64,000 nt of DNA from Longimicrobiales bacterium (GTDB lineage Bacteria; Gemmatimonadota; Gemmatimonadetes; Longimicrobiales; Gaopeijiaceae), in assembly GCA_965116905.1 (NCBI GenBank), contig OZ220732.1:2272001-2336000 (forward strand). Direction: 5' to 3'. The first letter of the stretch is position 1, and each line of letters begins with the position of its first letter. The notes under the pieces were generated by a model. That model made no database searches. It had not been told where the DNA came from and saw nothing but the letters and a program-made list of their open reading frames with translations. This document shows positions 43,069 through 52,637 of the stretch, piece after piece. The translations under genes were made by a program, and so were the position numbers.

Positions 43069-44525
43069 CGCCCGATGTCGTCACCCCCGGCGGTGATGAC
43101 GAATTCGACCCTGCGGTTCTCGGCCCAGGACTCTTCGTCCGTACCGGGAACGCGCGGCCTGTCCTCGCCGAAGTACTCCACGGTGAAACGGGCCGCGTCA
43201 ATTCCGAGTCCGGCCAGGACCTCGAGCACCGCTTCGGCTCGCAGTCTGGACAGCTCCATGTTGTATACCGGATCCCCGCGTTCGTCCGCGTGGCCTTCGA
43301 TCCGGATCTGGACTCCCGGATTGTCGCGCAGGATCCCCGCCTTGGCACGCAGCCTCGCCTGCGCCTCGTCGCTGACCGCCGCGTCGTCGTACTCGAAGTA
43401 GACCATCTCCTGGAGGGTGCGGCGGGCGGCCATGGCGCGGCGCTCCCGCTCCCTCTCGGCCGCTTCTCTCTCGGCCGCGAGGCGACGCTCCTCTTCCGCC
43501 TGTGCCCTGCGGATCGAGTCCTGGCGCATCCGTTCCAACTCCTCCGCCGACGGGCCGGGATCTGCCGGCGGGGGCGGTGGCGGCGGGGGCGGCGGTGGCT
43601 CGTCGCCGCAGAGTCCCATCCGTCCGGGGCACAGGGCAAACGAAGCCAGCACGCCGAGCTTCCTGGTCCGGAACGTGGTGTGGCTGTCGCCCGCCAGGCT
43701 CAGCGAGAAGGCCCCCACGCGAACCCCGCTGAAGTCCATTTGCACCCCGGCGTTGAGGTCGAATCCATTGAACTCGGCCATCAGGTTCAAGCCCCGCCCC
43801 CCAGCCATGCCGACATGTATCGTCGATCCGGCGAACAGGCCGCCGGAGCCCCTCTGCGCGTAGAAGTCGAGGTCACCGCCCGCCGAGAAAAGGCCCGCGC
43901 CCCAGCCGAGAGTCAGGCTGACGAAGCTCGCGTCGGAGGTGGGCAATATGGCCGTTCCGACCGCGTACGGACTCAGGTTGCTGTTGAATTCGTCCCCCTG
44001 TCCCTGGGCCTGGCGAGTGCGGTAGTCCGGGTGGCCGAACCTGGGGGGCTGCAGGTCATCTACCCAGCCGGCCCCGAAGGACGGTGACGACAGGTACCGG
44101 GCCCCAACCGCGAGCTTCACGTTTTCGGAGGTCGAGGGCAGAAGCGAGATGCGGCCGAACGCTCCCAGGATGTTGCCGCCGTTCGCCTCGTCGTCGAAGT
44201 GCTGAATCGTGGTGCCCACCTCCACGCGGTCGAAGAGCCCGAGCGTGAAGGACATGTCGGACAGCCACTTGTTGTAGGCGTCGCCCCTGCGCCGCACCTC
44301 GCCGTTTCGCCTCAGCAGCAGCGTCTGGTCGATGTTGATCCCGAATCCCGAGTACGTTGCGACGAACGTTGAGTGTGGCAGGACTGTCGCGACCGGGACG
44401 TCCAATATGCCGGAACCGTACCGGAGGGTGCTGGGCATCTGCGTGGTCTGTGCCGAGCCATCCGGCGCTACGACGAAGAATGCCGCAAGAGCGAATGCGC
44501 CAACGCGAAATCTGACCGGATTCAT
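43065..44525 (-). CDS. Outer-membrane protein: beta-barrel-like N domain, poly-Pro linker, OmpA/Pal-like C domain (copy 1)
   Basis: Signal peptide; long Pro run; YFEYD, IEGHADERG, YNMELS..RA, YFGEDRP, NRRVEF. Confidence 0.88.
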   Translation of the reverse strand: MNPVRFRVGAFALAAFFVVAPDGSAQTTQMPSTLRYGSGILDVPVATVLPHSTFVATYSGFGINIDQTLLLRRNGEVRRRGDAYNKWLSDMSFTLGLFDRVEVGTTIQHFDDEANGGNILGAFGRISLLPSTSENVKLAVGARYLSSPSFGAGWVDDLQPPRFGHPDYRTRQAQGQGDEFNSNLSPYAVGTAILPTSDASFVSLTLGWGAGLFSAGGDLDFYAQRGSGGLFAGSTIHVGMAGGRGLNLMAEFNGFDLNAGVQMDFSGVRVGAFSLSLAGDSHTTFRTRKLGVLASFALCPGRMGLCGDEPPPPPPPPPPPADPGPSAEELERMRQDSIRRAQAEEERRLAAEREAAERERERRAMAARRTLQEMVYFEYDDAAVSDEAQARLRAKAGILRDNPGVQIRIEGHADERGDPVYNMELSRLRAEAVLEVLAGLGIDAARFTVEYFGEDRPRVPGTDEESWAENRRVEFVITAGGDDIGR

Positions 44526-44628
44526 AAGTGTCTACCCCGTGGTGGGAAGGTGAAAACAGCCACACTAAAGCTACCGCTGGCCGGCACACAATGGAAGACG
44601 CTGCGCCGCAACGGGTTGCCCGTGCCCG

Positions 44629-44730
44629 CTGCCAGCAGATCGCCAAGGGACACGGAGGACGGCTGACGCTGCGGAATCGCAATCCCGGGGGTGCGGTGGC
44701 GATCCTGGCCCTGCCGCTGGAGATGCGGCC
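44629..44730 (+). pseudogene. Remnant of the 3' end of the histidine kinase gene
   Basis: CQQIAKGHGGRLTLRNRNPGGAVAILALPLE matches CQQIAEGHGGHLALRNREPRGAVAILSLPLE at 42931-43023. Confidence 0.85.
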
Positions 44731-44746
44731 GGCCTCTCGTCACCGA

Positions 44747-46216
44747 CTAGCGTCCGATGTCGTCGCCTCCGGCGGTAATGACGAACTCGACCCTGCGATT
44801 CTGCGCCCAGGACTGCTCGTCCCTGCCCGGAACGCGCGGCCGGTCCTCGCCGAAGTACTCCACGGTGAAACGGGCCACATCGAGTCCGAGTCCGGCGAGG
44901 AACTCGAGCACCGCTTCGGCGCGCCGCCTCGACAGATCCATGTTGTACACGGGGTCCCCGCGTTCATCGGCGTGGCCTTCGATCCGGATCCGTACTCCCG
45001 GATTGTCGCGCAGGATTGTGGCCTTGATCCGCAGCCTCTCCTGGGCTCCTTCGCCGACCGCCGCGTCGTCGAACTCGAAGTAGACCATCTCCTGCAGGGT
45101 GCGGCGGACGCGTATCGCGCGGCGCTCCCGCTCGGCCCGCTCCCGCTCGGCCTGCTCCCGCTCGGCCGCGAGGCGACGCTCCTCTTCCGCCTGTGCCCTG
45201 CGGATCGAGTCCTGGCGCATCCGCTCCAATTCCTCCGCCGACGGCCCGGGATCGGGCGGCGGGGGAGGCGGTGGCGGGGGAGGCGGTGGCTCGTCGCCGC
45301 AGAGTCCCATCCGTCCCGGACACAGGGCAAACGAGGCAAGCACCCCGATCTTCCTCGTCCGGAACGTGGTGTGGCCATCGCCGCTCAGGCTCAGCGAGAA
45401 GGCCCCCACGCGGACCCCGCTGAAGTCCATTTGAACCCCGGCGTTGACGTCGAATCCATCGAACTCGGCCATCAGGTTCAGACCCCGCCCGCCCCCCATG
45501 CCGAGATGGATCGTCGATCCGGCGAACAGGCCGCCGGAACTCCGCTGTGCGTAGAAATCAAGGTCGCCGCCCGCCGAGAAAAGGCCGGCTCCCCAGCCCA
45601 GGGTAAGGCTGATGAAGCTCGCGTCGGAGGCGGGCAATGTGGCCGTGCCGACCACGTAGGGGCTCAGGTTGCTGTTGAACTCGTCGCCCTGCCCCTGGGC
45701 CTGACGCGTGCGGTAGTCCGGATGCCCGAACCGGGGCGGTTGCAGGTCATCGACCCAGCGCGCGCCGAACGAGGGTGACGAAAGGTACCGGGCCCCCACC
45801 GCGAGGCTGAGATTCTCGAGCGTCGAAGGCAGAAGGGAGATGCGGCCGAAGCCGCCGAGGATGTTGCCGCCGTTCGTCTCGTCGTCGAAATGCTGAATCG
45901 TGGTCCCCACCTCCACACGGTCGAAGAGTCCAAGCGTGAAGGACACGTCGGACACCCATTTGTTGTAGGGTCCCCCCCTGCGCCTCACCTCTCCGTTCCG
46001 CCTCAGCAACAGCGTCTGGTCAATGTTGATGCCGAAGCCCGAGTACGTTGCGACGAACGTCGCGTGGGGCAGAACGGTCGCGACCGGAATGTCCAGAATC
46101 CCGGAACCATACCGGAGGGTACTGGGCATCTTCGTGGTCTGCGCCGAGCCCTCCGGAGCCACGAGAAAGAAAGCCACAAGAGCGAATGCGCCAAGGCGGA
46201 ATCTGACCGGATTCAT
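44747..46216 (-). CDS. Outer-membrane barrel-OmpA/Pal-like protein (copy 2)
   Basis: Close paralog of 43065-44525 across the full length. Confidence 0.88.
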   Translation of the reverse strand: MNPVRFRLGAFALVAFFLVAPEGSAQTTKMPSTLRYGSGILDIPVATVLPHATFVATYSGFGINIDQTLLLRRNGEVRRRGGPYNKWVSDVSFTLGLFDRVEVGTTIQHFDDETNGGNILGGFGRISLLPSTLENLSLAVGARYLSSPSFGARWVDDLQPPRFGHPDYRTRQAQGQGDEFNSNLSPYVVGTATLPASDASFISLTLGWGAGLFSAGGDLDFYAQRSSGGLFAGSTIHLGMGGGRGLNLMAEFDGFDVNAGVQMDFSGVRVGAFSLSLSGDGHTTFRTRKIGVLASFALCPGRMGLCGDEPPPPPPPPPPPPDPGPSAEELERMRQDSIRRAQAEEERRLAAEREQAERERAERERRAIRVRRTLQEMVYFEFDDAAVGEGAQERLRIKATILRDNPGVRIRIEGHADERGDPVYNMDLSRRRAEAVLEFLAGLGLDVARFTVEYFGEDRPRVPGRDEQSWAQNRRVEFVITAGGDDIGR

Positions 46217-46396
46217 GGTGTCCAACCCGTGGTGGGAAGCCAAAAGCATTCACTTTCAAGCTACCGTGCGCGCTGTTCGGGACGCAATGAAAAACACCTC
46301 GTTTCCAGCGGATTGGGCCTGCCGGTTGCTCATGGCTCACAATCGGTCCGACTCGATCGCCCCCGATATCCTGTTGCCGCACCCGCCGGCCGCCGG

Positions 46397-47476
46397 TCAG
46401 CCGTGCCCGAGGGGCGCGAACGACTTCTGCCAGCCTACGGTCAGGAGCCAGTCGGTCTCGAGCTGCGGACCATTCAGGCGCTGATATGCGGGCACGTGCC
46501 ACTCCGCCGCGATGCGGTGGCCCCGGAGCGCACCGTCAGGGAAATGGATGTTGAGTCCCAGAGGGATGTCGACGCGGGTCCCGCCCCGGAGTTCCTCCCT
46601 GACGGTCGGCACCATCATGGGGTTGCCGTAGGCCAGGTCGTGCCCCGCGTAGTTCCCCCACCGCCGCAGCAGCAAGCGTGCCGACAGGCTCACGCGTTTT
46701 GCGGGCCTCACGGCGAACCAGCCGGTCAGGTCCGAGGCATGACCCTTGCGATAGCCGCGGCTGTTCTCGCCGAGCCGGAGAGTGCCCAGCGCCTGCAGTC
46801 CCCACGACGTTCGTTCCCTCATGCCCAGCACGGTGATGCCGGGCATGACGTCCCATGTTCCCGAGCCGAGTTGCATGGGGTAGGGCATTTGCACGGCCCG
46901 GCCCATGCTCATGGGGTTCGCGCCGGTCTCCTCGATGGATCCGGTCGGAAGTCCGACACCGGCGTTCAGATGGACCCGGATCGAGCCGGCCCGTTTGACG
47001 CCGATGAGGGCGCCGATCGAAGCGTCGCCAAGCCCGGATGAGGCGGCCCTGAAGTTGCCCCCCGCGCGGGTGACGTGGTTCATGGACTGGTGGACCCAGT
47101 GGGCCATTGCCATCAGGGTGACGATGTTGCTGGGGGCGTACATGAGTCCGGCCATGTGCATCGTCATGGTCATGTCGAGGGGGGCGACCATGAACGAGGC
47201 GTGGACATCGGAGGGCTGGACCCGGTCCGTGCCGTCGCGGTTTCCGTCCATGGCCATGCGCATGAAGCGGTAGGAGAGCATGAATTCGCCATGCTCGTGG
47301 GTGTGCTCGCCCATCACTCCGATGGGGGCGTGTCCGTCGGGCCGGGACGAGGTCCATTCGTACTGGGCGTCAAGGGGGGCAATGATGGCTGAGACCGCGG
47401 CCAGGAACGTGGCGACGGTCGCGGCGATCGTGGTCGAGGGCACTCTGAGTGCATGGGTGCGTATTTCGATATGCAT
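46397..47476 (-). CDS. Met/His-rich outer-membrane beta-barrel ('transporter' family), probably metal related
   Basis: Signal peptide; RPDGHAPIGVMGEHTH, MTMTMHM, GLGD, PYPMQLGSGT. Confidence 0.75.
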   Translation of the reverse strand: MHIEIRTHALRVPSTTIAATVATFLAAVSAIIAPLDAQYEWTSSRPDGHAPIGVMGEHTHEHGEFMLSYRFMRMAMDGNRDGTDRVQPSDVHASFMVAPLDMTMTMHMAGLMYAPSNIVTLMAMAHWVHQSMNHVTRAGGNFRAASSGLGDASIGALIGVKRAGSIRVHLNAGVGLPTGSIEETGANPMSMGRAVQMPYPMQLGSGTWDVMPGITVLGMRERTSWGLQALGTLRLGENSRGYRKGHASDLTGWFAVRPAKRVSLSARLLLRRWGNYAGHDLAYGNPMMVPTVREELRGGTRVDIPLGLNIHFPDGALRGHRIAAEWHVPAYQRLNGPQLETDWLLTVGWQKSFAPLGHG

Positions 47477-47660
47477 ATTGCGTCCTTTTGTATGCTGTAC
47501 ATCACATCAAGGATGATGAGGGGTCCGCGCCGTGATGGGCTGGCAGAGCCGGGCCGCGGAGTCGCGGTCGCATCCGAATCCATCGTGCGGCGAATCGTGC
47601 GGCGCATCGGGCGGCGGACCGCCGATGAAGATTCCGCGCGTCGGGCCGAACGGCCCGGAT

Positions 47661-48140
47661 TCAGGAAAGAGGCGGCCCGTTGGCGAAGGGAAGCGTGTAG
47701 GGCGCGCGGCCGAATGGAAGCCGCGGCGACGCGCTCCGCACGGAGGGGGCGGCAACGAGGGGTTGCGACGCCAGCTTGACCCCGTCGGTGGCAGGCAAGG
47801 CGGGGCCGGCAGGGACCGGGCACTTGCCCAGGCAGTCGCAGGGCGCGGGTGCGTGGGACGGTCCTCGGTCGGAGCCGTGGTCTTCCGCGAGATGCCTACC
47901 GTGGCCGGCTCCGTGCTGGCCGCCGTGGTGGCCGTGTGCGTCGGCGGCGCCGTCATGTCCGTGCGCGGCGTTGCCGTGGACGCCCGCCGATTGGGCGCCG
48001 TGGCCGCCCGGGCCCGTGTGGTGGGGGCAACCCGCGCCGGGAACCCAGGGGAAGGCGGACGGCGAGAGCGCCAGGACGACGAGCAGGCTGACGAGCTTTG
48101 TCCCCCGCCGCCGCGTCCGCCTCATTCGCACGTTGCTCAA
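47661..48140 (-). CDS. His-rich DUF2946-like protein, putative regulatory leader peptide
   Basis: Basic plus hydrophobic N-terminus, CPHH, His/Gly tract, CDCLGKC, C-terminal PFANGPP. Confidence 0.7.
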   Translation of the reverse strand: MSNVRMRRTRRRGTKLVSLLVVLALSPSAFPWVPGAGCPHHTGPGGHGAQSAGVHGNAAHGHDGAADAHGHHGGQHGAGHGRHLAEDHGSDRGPSHAPAPCDCLGKCPVPAGPALPATDGVKLASQPLVAAPSVRSASPRLPFGRAPYTLPFANGPPLS

Positions 48141-48333
48141 ACCGTCGATTCAGGTTCCCAATCAGCCATTGGCAGGCCGACCTTCGTTGCCGAAGGATAA
48201 CACGGATCTCGTGATTCAGCGCGTTGGAGCCAATGGGCGCGCAGTGACGCCAGGGGCGCGTTCGGCGCATGACGCGTATATTTCAGGCATCCCCCCGTCT
48301 CTGACATCTGTAACCGCGTGGAGACCCCCTATC

Positions 48334-50742
48334 TTGCTCAACAAGTTGGCCATCCTCGCCGCGCTGGCCGTGGCGCCCGACCAGGAGATGGGTGCTGCCC
48401 GGCCTTCGCGAACCGAGGTCGCTCCCGATCGGCCGGTCGCCGCCACCTACAACGGTTTCGAGGGCCAGACGAACGTGGTGGCCCCCCGCATGACCGACCC
48501 CGGGATCGATGTCGACGGGCGGCTGGACGACCCTGCCTGGTCCGAGGCCGCTCTCCTGACCGGTTTCTCGCAGTACGACCCCTCCGAGGGGATACCAGGC
48601 ACCCAGAACACCGAGGTGCTGCTCCTGATTTCGCAGGACGCCATCTACTTCGGCGTGCGCGCGTTCGACGACAACCCCGGCCGCGTCCGGGCCACGCTCG
48701 GCGAACGCGACACCTTCTACCGCACCGACGACTACATCCAGTTCATCCTCGACACCTTCGACGATCAGCGGCAGGCGTACTCGATCGTGGTGAACCCGCT
48801 GGGTGTGCAGCAGGACGGCCTCTGGATCGAGGGCAGGGTGGGGCGGTTCGGACGCAACTTCGGTCCCCCGATCGACTGGAATCCGGATTTCGTCTGGGAC
48901 TCCGAGGGGCGGGTCGAGGACTGGGGGTACGCGGTCGAGGTCAGGATCCCGTTCAAGAGCATCCGCTTCCCCGAGGCCGCCGAACAGGCGTGGGGACTTC
49001 AGGTCTTCCGCAAGATCCAGCGGCTGGGATTCGACGAGTCGTGGGCGCCGGTTACCAAGGACGTGGCGAACAGGCTGACCCTTTCGGGTTCGCTAAGCGG
49101 GCTGCGCGACCTCGAACGCGGGATGTTCCTGGAGCTGAACCCGGTGCTCACCGGGACGCGCCAGGGGACCTATGACGCAGGCGCCGGTGCATTCACGCGG
49201 GAGCCGGTGAGCGGCGAATTCGGCTTCAACGCCAAGTACGGCCTTACTTCCAACCTTACGCTCGACGGGACGTACAACCCCGACTTCAGCCAGGTCGAGG
49301 CCGACGCCGGACAGATCGCGGTCAACGAGCGGTTCGCGCTGTTCTATGAAGAGAAGCGGCCGTTCTTCCTGGAGGGGACCGAGATCTTCACGATGCCGAA
49401 GAACCTCGTCTACACGCGCAGCATCATCAATCCGGTGGCGGGCGCGAAGCTGTCGGGAAAGGCGGGCAGCTTCCAGCTGGGGTATCTCGGCGCGGTCGAC
49501 GAGGTTGGCGATTCCGGTGAGCCTGCCGAGAGGCCCGTGGTGAACCTGCTGCGGGCGCGGCGGGACCTGGGCAGCGCGTCCACGCTGGGCATGGTGTACA
49601 CCGACCGCACCACCAACAGCGACCAGTACAATCGCGTGCTCGGCATCGACGGCCGCTTCGTGATGGCGAGGCGTTACACCCTGACGCTGATCGGAGCGGG
49701 GAGCCGCACCGCGACGGTCGGATCCGGTCCCGAGACGGGGAGCTACTTGTCGCTGCAACTCGAACGCGCGAGCCCCACGCTCACCTTCAACCTCGACCTC
49801 GAGGACGTGGCCCACGGCTTCGACGCGGGCAGCGGACTGATTCCCCGTGTGGGTGATACGCGCCTGCAGTCGCGGCTCGAATACAACTTCCGGGGCGAGC
49901 CGGGCGCGCTCGTGGAGCAGTTCCGCCCGGGGTTCGACGCCAGCGCGTTCTGGGACCACGACTCGTTCTGGCGGCGCGAGGTGTTCGAAGAGGCCGAGCT
50001 CCGCTACGGAGTCACGACCTCGTTCCGCAACAACATCACCGTGCTGCTGGCCGCCACCGCCCGGCGCTACGACTTCCGCGCCGCCGACTACGACGGGCTG
50101 TTCGTCGATGGCGGCGGGGGCGGTGAGGTCCCCTTTGTTGCCGACCAGGACCCGTTCGGACTGCTGCACGGCGTTGGCGGGTTCTTCTGGGTGAACAGCT
50201 GGGACGTGCTGCGGGGGCGCGTGCGCTGGGGCTATAGCCAGGACGCGGTGTTCGACCTTCGCTACGGGGTGCCGATCGAGGTGGGCCGCGGGTGGGACGC
50301 CGACATCGCGGTCTACGCATACCCCACGCGCCATCTGTCGGCCGAACTCGGGTTCCGCTACCAGAGCCTGGTGCGCGAGCGTGACGGCACGCGGGCGCTG
50401 GAGGCCGTGATCCCGCGCATCAAGACCCAGTACCAGTTCAACCGGGCGCTCTTCCTGCGCGCGATCGTGGAGTACGGGGCGCAGATGCGCCGCGACCTCG
50501 TCGATCCGGCCACCGGGCGTCCGCTGCTCGGTTGCGGCTCGAGCGGTTGTTCGCTCCGGGGCGGCACCGACGCGAACGACTTCCAGGTCGAGACGCTGCT
50601 CAGCTACGAGCCCACCCCCGGCACCGTGTTCTTCGTGGGCTACTCACGGCAGATGGAGGACACCGGGCGGTTGCGCTTCCGCGACGTGCGGCCGACCGCG
50701 GACGGGCTGTTCGCGAAGGTCAGCTATCGTTTCAGGCGGTAG
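48334..50742 (+). CDS. CBM9-like/DUF5916 outer-membrane protein
   Basis: VDGRLDDPAW, E.RIPFKSIRF, NPDFSQVEAD, EKRPFFLEG, terminal KVSYRF; TTG start with GGAGA RBS inferred. Confidence 0.85.
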   Translation: MLNKLAILAALAVAPDQEMGAARPSRTEVAPDRPVAATYNGFEGQTNVVAPRMTDPGIDVDGRLDDPAWSEAALLTGFSQYDPSEGIPGTQNTEVLLLISQDAIYFGVRAFDDNPGRVRATLGERDTFYRTDDYIQFILDTFDDQRQAYSIVVNPLGVQQDGLWIEGRVGRFGRNFGPPIDWNPDFVWDSEGRVEDWGYAVEVRIPFKSIRFPEAAEQAWGLQVFRKIQRLGFDESWAPVTKDVANRLTLSGSLSGLRDLERGMFLELNPVLTGTRQGTYDAGAGAFTREPVSGEFGFNAKYGLTSNLTLDGTYNPDFSQVEADAGQIAVNERFALFYEEKRPFFLEGTEIFTMPKNLVYTRSIINPVAGAKLSGKAGSFQLGYLGAVDEVGDSGEPAERPVVNLLRARRDLGSASTLGMVYTDRTTNSDQYNRVLGIDGRFVMARRYTLTLIGAGSRTATVGSGPETGSYLSLQLERASPTLTFNLDLEDVAHGFDAGSGLIPRVGDTRLQSRLEYNFRGEPGALVEQFRPGFDASAFWDHDSFWRREVFEEAELRYGVTTSFRNNITVLLAATARRYDFRAADYDGLFVDGGGGGEVPFVADQDPFGLLHGVGGFFWVNSWDVLRGRVRWGYSQDAVFDLRYGVPIEVGRGWDADIAVYAYPTRHLSAELGFRYQSLVRERDGTRALEAVIPRIKTQYQFNRALFLRAIVEYGAQMRRDLVDPATGRPLLGCGSSGCSLRGGTDANDFQVETLLSYEPTPGTVFFVGYSRQMEDTGRLRFRDVRPTADGLFAKVSYRFRR

Positions 50743-50745
50743 CCG

Positions 50746-51318
50746 ATGACGCTGGACATCCTCGGCAACCTCGGCGAATTCGTCGGTGCCATCGGCGTCG
50801 TGCTGTCGCTGCTGCTCGTGGCGCGCCAGATGAAGCGCGGCGTCGAACAGACCAGCCGCAATACCAGGCGCGTGCGCGCCGCTGCGTTCAACTCGATGGT
50901 CGAGAACAGCATCCGCCTGCTCGAACACGTCTTCCGCGACAGCGAGCTGGCCAATTTCCTCGCGCGGGCCGCCGACGATCCGGAGGCGCTGACGCCCGGA
51001 GAGCGGTTGCGCTGGGACTCCTACATGACCGCGATCTTCCGCCACTTCGGCAACCTGCTGTACCAATGGGAGACCGGGGCGATGGAGGACAAGATATGGG
51101 AATCCTACCGTCGCTCCTTCAAGGATCATCTGGAGGAGGAGTCCTGGATGAGCTGGTATCTCGACCGCCCGCACCTCTTCGACCAGCGCCTCGCGGACGA
51201 GGTGCGCGGCATCCTGGAGGACCTGGCGAAGGAAGGCGTGCCGCACGCGGTGGCGTGGAAGGAGGGTGGGGGCCGCATCGGATTCAAGGCTTCGCTGGGT
51301 AGCGTGACGAAGGGCTGA
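50746..51318 (+). CDS. Hypothetical protein with N-terminal TM helix
   Basis: LGEFVGAIGVVLSLLLVARQ then helical domain; coding-like codon usage. Confidence 0.7.
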   Translation: MTLDILGNLGEFVGAIGVVLSLLLVARQMKRGVEQTSRNTRRVRAAAFNSMVENSIRLLEHVFRDSELANFLARAADDPEALTPGERLRWDSYMTAIFRHFGNLLYQWETGAMEDKIWESYRRSFKDHLEEESWMSWYLDRPHLFDQRLADEVRGILEDLAKEGVPHAVAWKEGGGRIGFKASLGSVTKG

Positions 51319-51432
51319 GCGCCTCGAGCCAGCGACGTAAAGCCCCATTCCTCGCAGGTTTGGAGCGGACTTGACCTCAGGCGATTAGATTCCTAGCGGT
51401 TTTGGGGGAGATCTGGAACCCGGTTTGAGGCG

Positions 51433-52629
51433 ATGCCATTGGGAGCGACACAGGAAAAGGCGATCCGAGTCCCCGACGCGTACATGCCGGGATACCTGGC
51501 GGCGCGCGAGCAGCATCCCGAACTCGCGGAAGCCTACATCCGCTACACCACGGTGGGCGATCCGCTGGCGGATGCCGTCGTCGAGGATTTGTCGGATCTC
51601 CCGCCCAACGAGGTCCACGCAGTCCTTTCGAGGGCGCTGGACGACCCTGCGGAACTGGATGGTGCTCCCGATTCGCTCAAGGCGTTCATCGGCGAGGCCA
51701 ACGACATCCCGGACTGGTTTGACAGCGGCCGCGCCAGGGTCGCCTCGCGGGCCTTTCTGCGCAATTCGGACATCGTGCTGGCCGCCCTGGTGGGTGGAAG
51801 CATCGTAGAGGGGTTTGCGACCCTGATCAGCAAGTCCTTCCGGATTCGGGGCCGGGTCACGCAGTCCGGTGTCCGCCGCCTGAAACAGAACGGCATGCAG
51901 CTCGTCGAGCAGTACCTGCCCGGCGGCATGGATCCCGGGGGCGACGGATGGAGGCTGACGCTCAGGGTGCGGCTGGTGCACGCCCAGTCCAGACGCCTTC
52001 TGGACCAGTCGGATGAGTGGAATCACGAGAAATACGGCACGCCGCTGAGCGCCGCCCACATACTGCTCGCCGGCGCCGCCTTCTCCGGCCGGCTCATGCA
52101 GCATACCGCCGCGCTTGGAGGCGACTTCACCCAGGAGGAACGCGACGCGTACGTCCACGTCTGGAAGTACACGGGGCTGCTCATCGGCATTCCCGAGCCG
52201 CTTCTCTTCGAAGATGAAGCCTCGGCCGTGCTCGCCTTCAAGGTGGGCGCGATGTGCGAGCCTCCGGCCGACTACGACGCGATCATCATGGCCAACAGCA
52301 TCGTGAACAGCGCACCCGTGATCGTGGGCATCACCGATCCGGCCGAGCGAAGGAAGACGGCCCGGGTCATCACCCAGGCCTGCCGGGAGCTCATCGGCAA
52401 TGAACTGGCCGACACGTTCCTGTTCCCCACGCGCCGCCGGAAGGTGCTGCCGTGGATGCGGTTCAAGAATCGGAGCCGCCGGGTCGTCCGGAAGACGCTG
52501 CCCTGGTTGGCGAAGAAGCAGGATCTGGCCCGTTTCGAATACCTCATGAATTTCGCGAGCCTGGACAAGATGGCGTACTCGTACAAGCTCCCCACGACCC
52601 TCTACGACGAAGACTCCCAGGACTGGTAG
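51433..52629 (+). CDS. DUF2236/MpaB/Lcp-like heme oxygenase-family protein
   Basis: GDPLADAVV, IPDWFD, RVRLVHAQSR, HVWKYTGLLIGIP. Confidence 0.85.
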   Translation: MPLGATQEKAIRVPDAYMPGYLAAREQHPELAEAYIRYTTVGDPLADAVVEDLSDLPPNEVHAVLSRALDDPAELDGAPDSLKAFIGEANDIPDWFDSGRARVASRAFLRNSDIVLAALVGGSIVEGFATLISKSFRIRGRVTQSGVRRLKQNGMQLVEQYLPGGMDPGGDGWRLTLRVRLVHAQSRRLLDQSDEWNHEKYGTPLSAAHILLAGAAFSGRLMQHTAALGGDFTQEERDAYVHVWKYTGLLIGIPEPLLFEDEASAVLAFKVGAMCEPPADYDAIIMANSIVNSAPVIVGITDPAERRKTARVITQACRELIGNELADTFLFPTRRRKVLPWMRFKNRSRRVVRKTLPWLAKKQDLARFEYLMNFASLDKMAYSYKLPTTLYDEDSQDW

Positions 52630-52637
52630 CCACGGGT

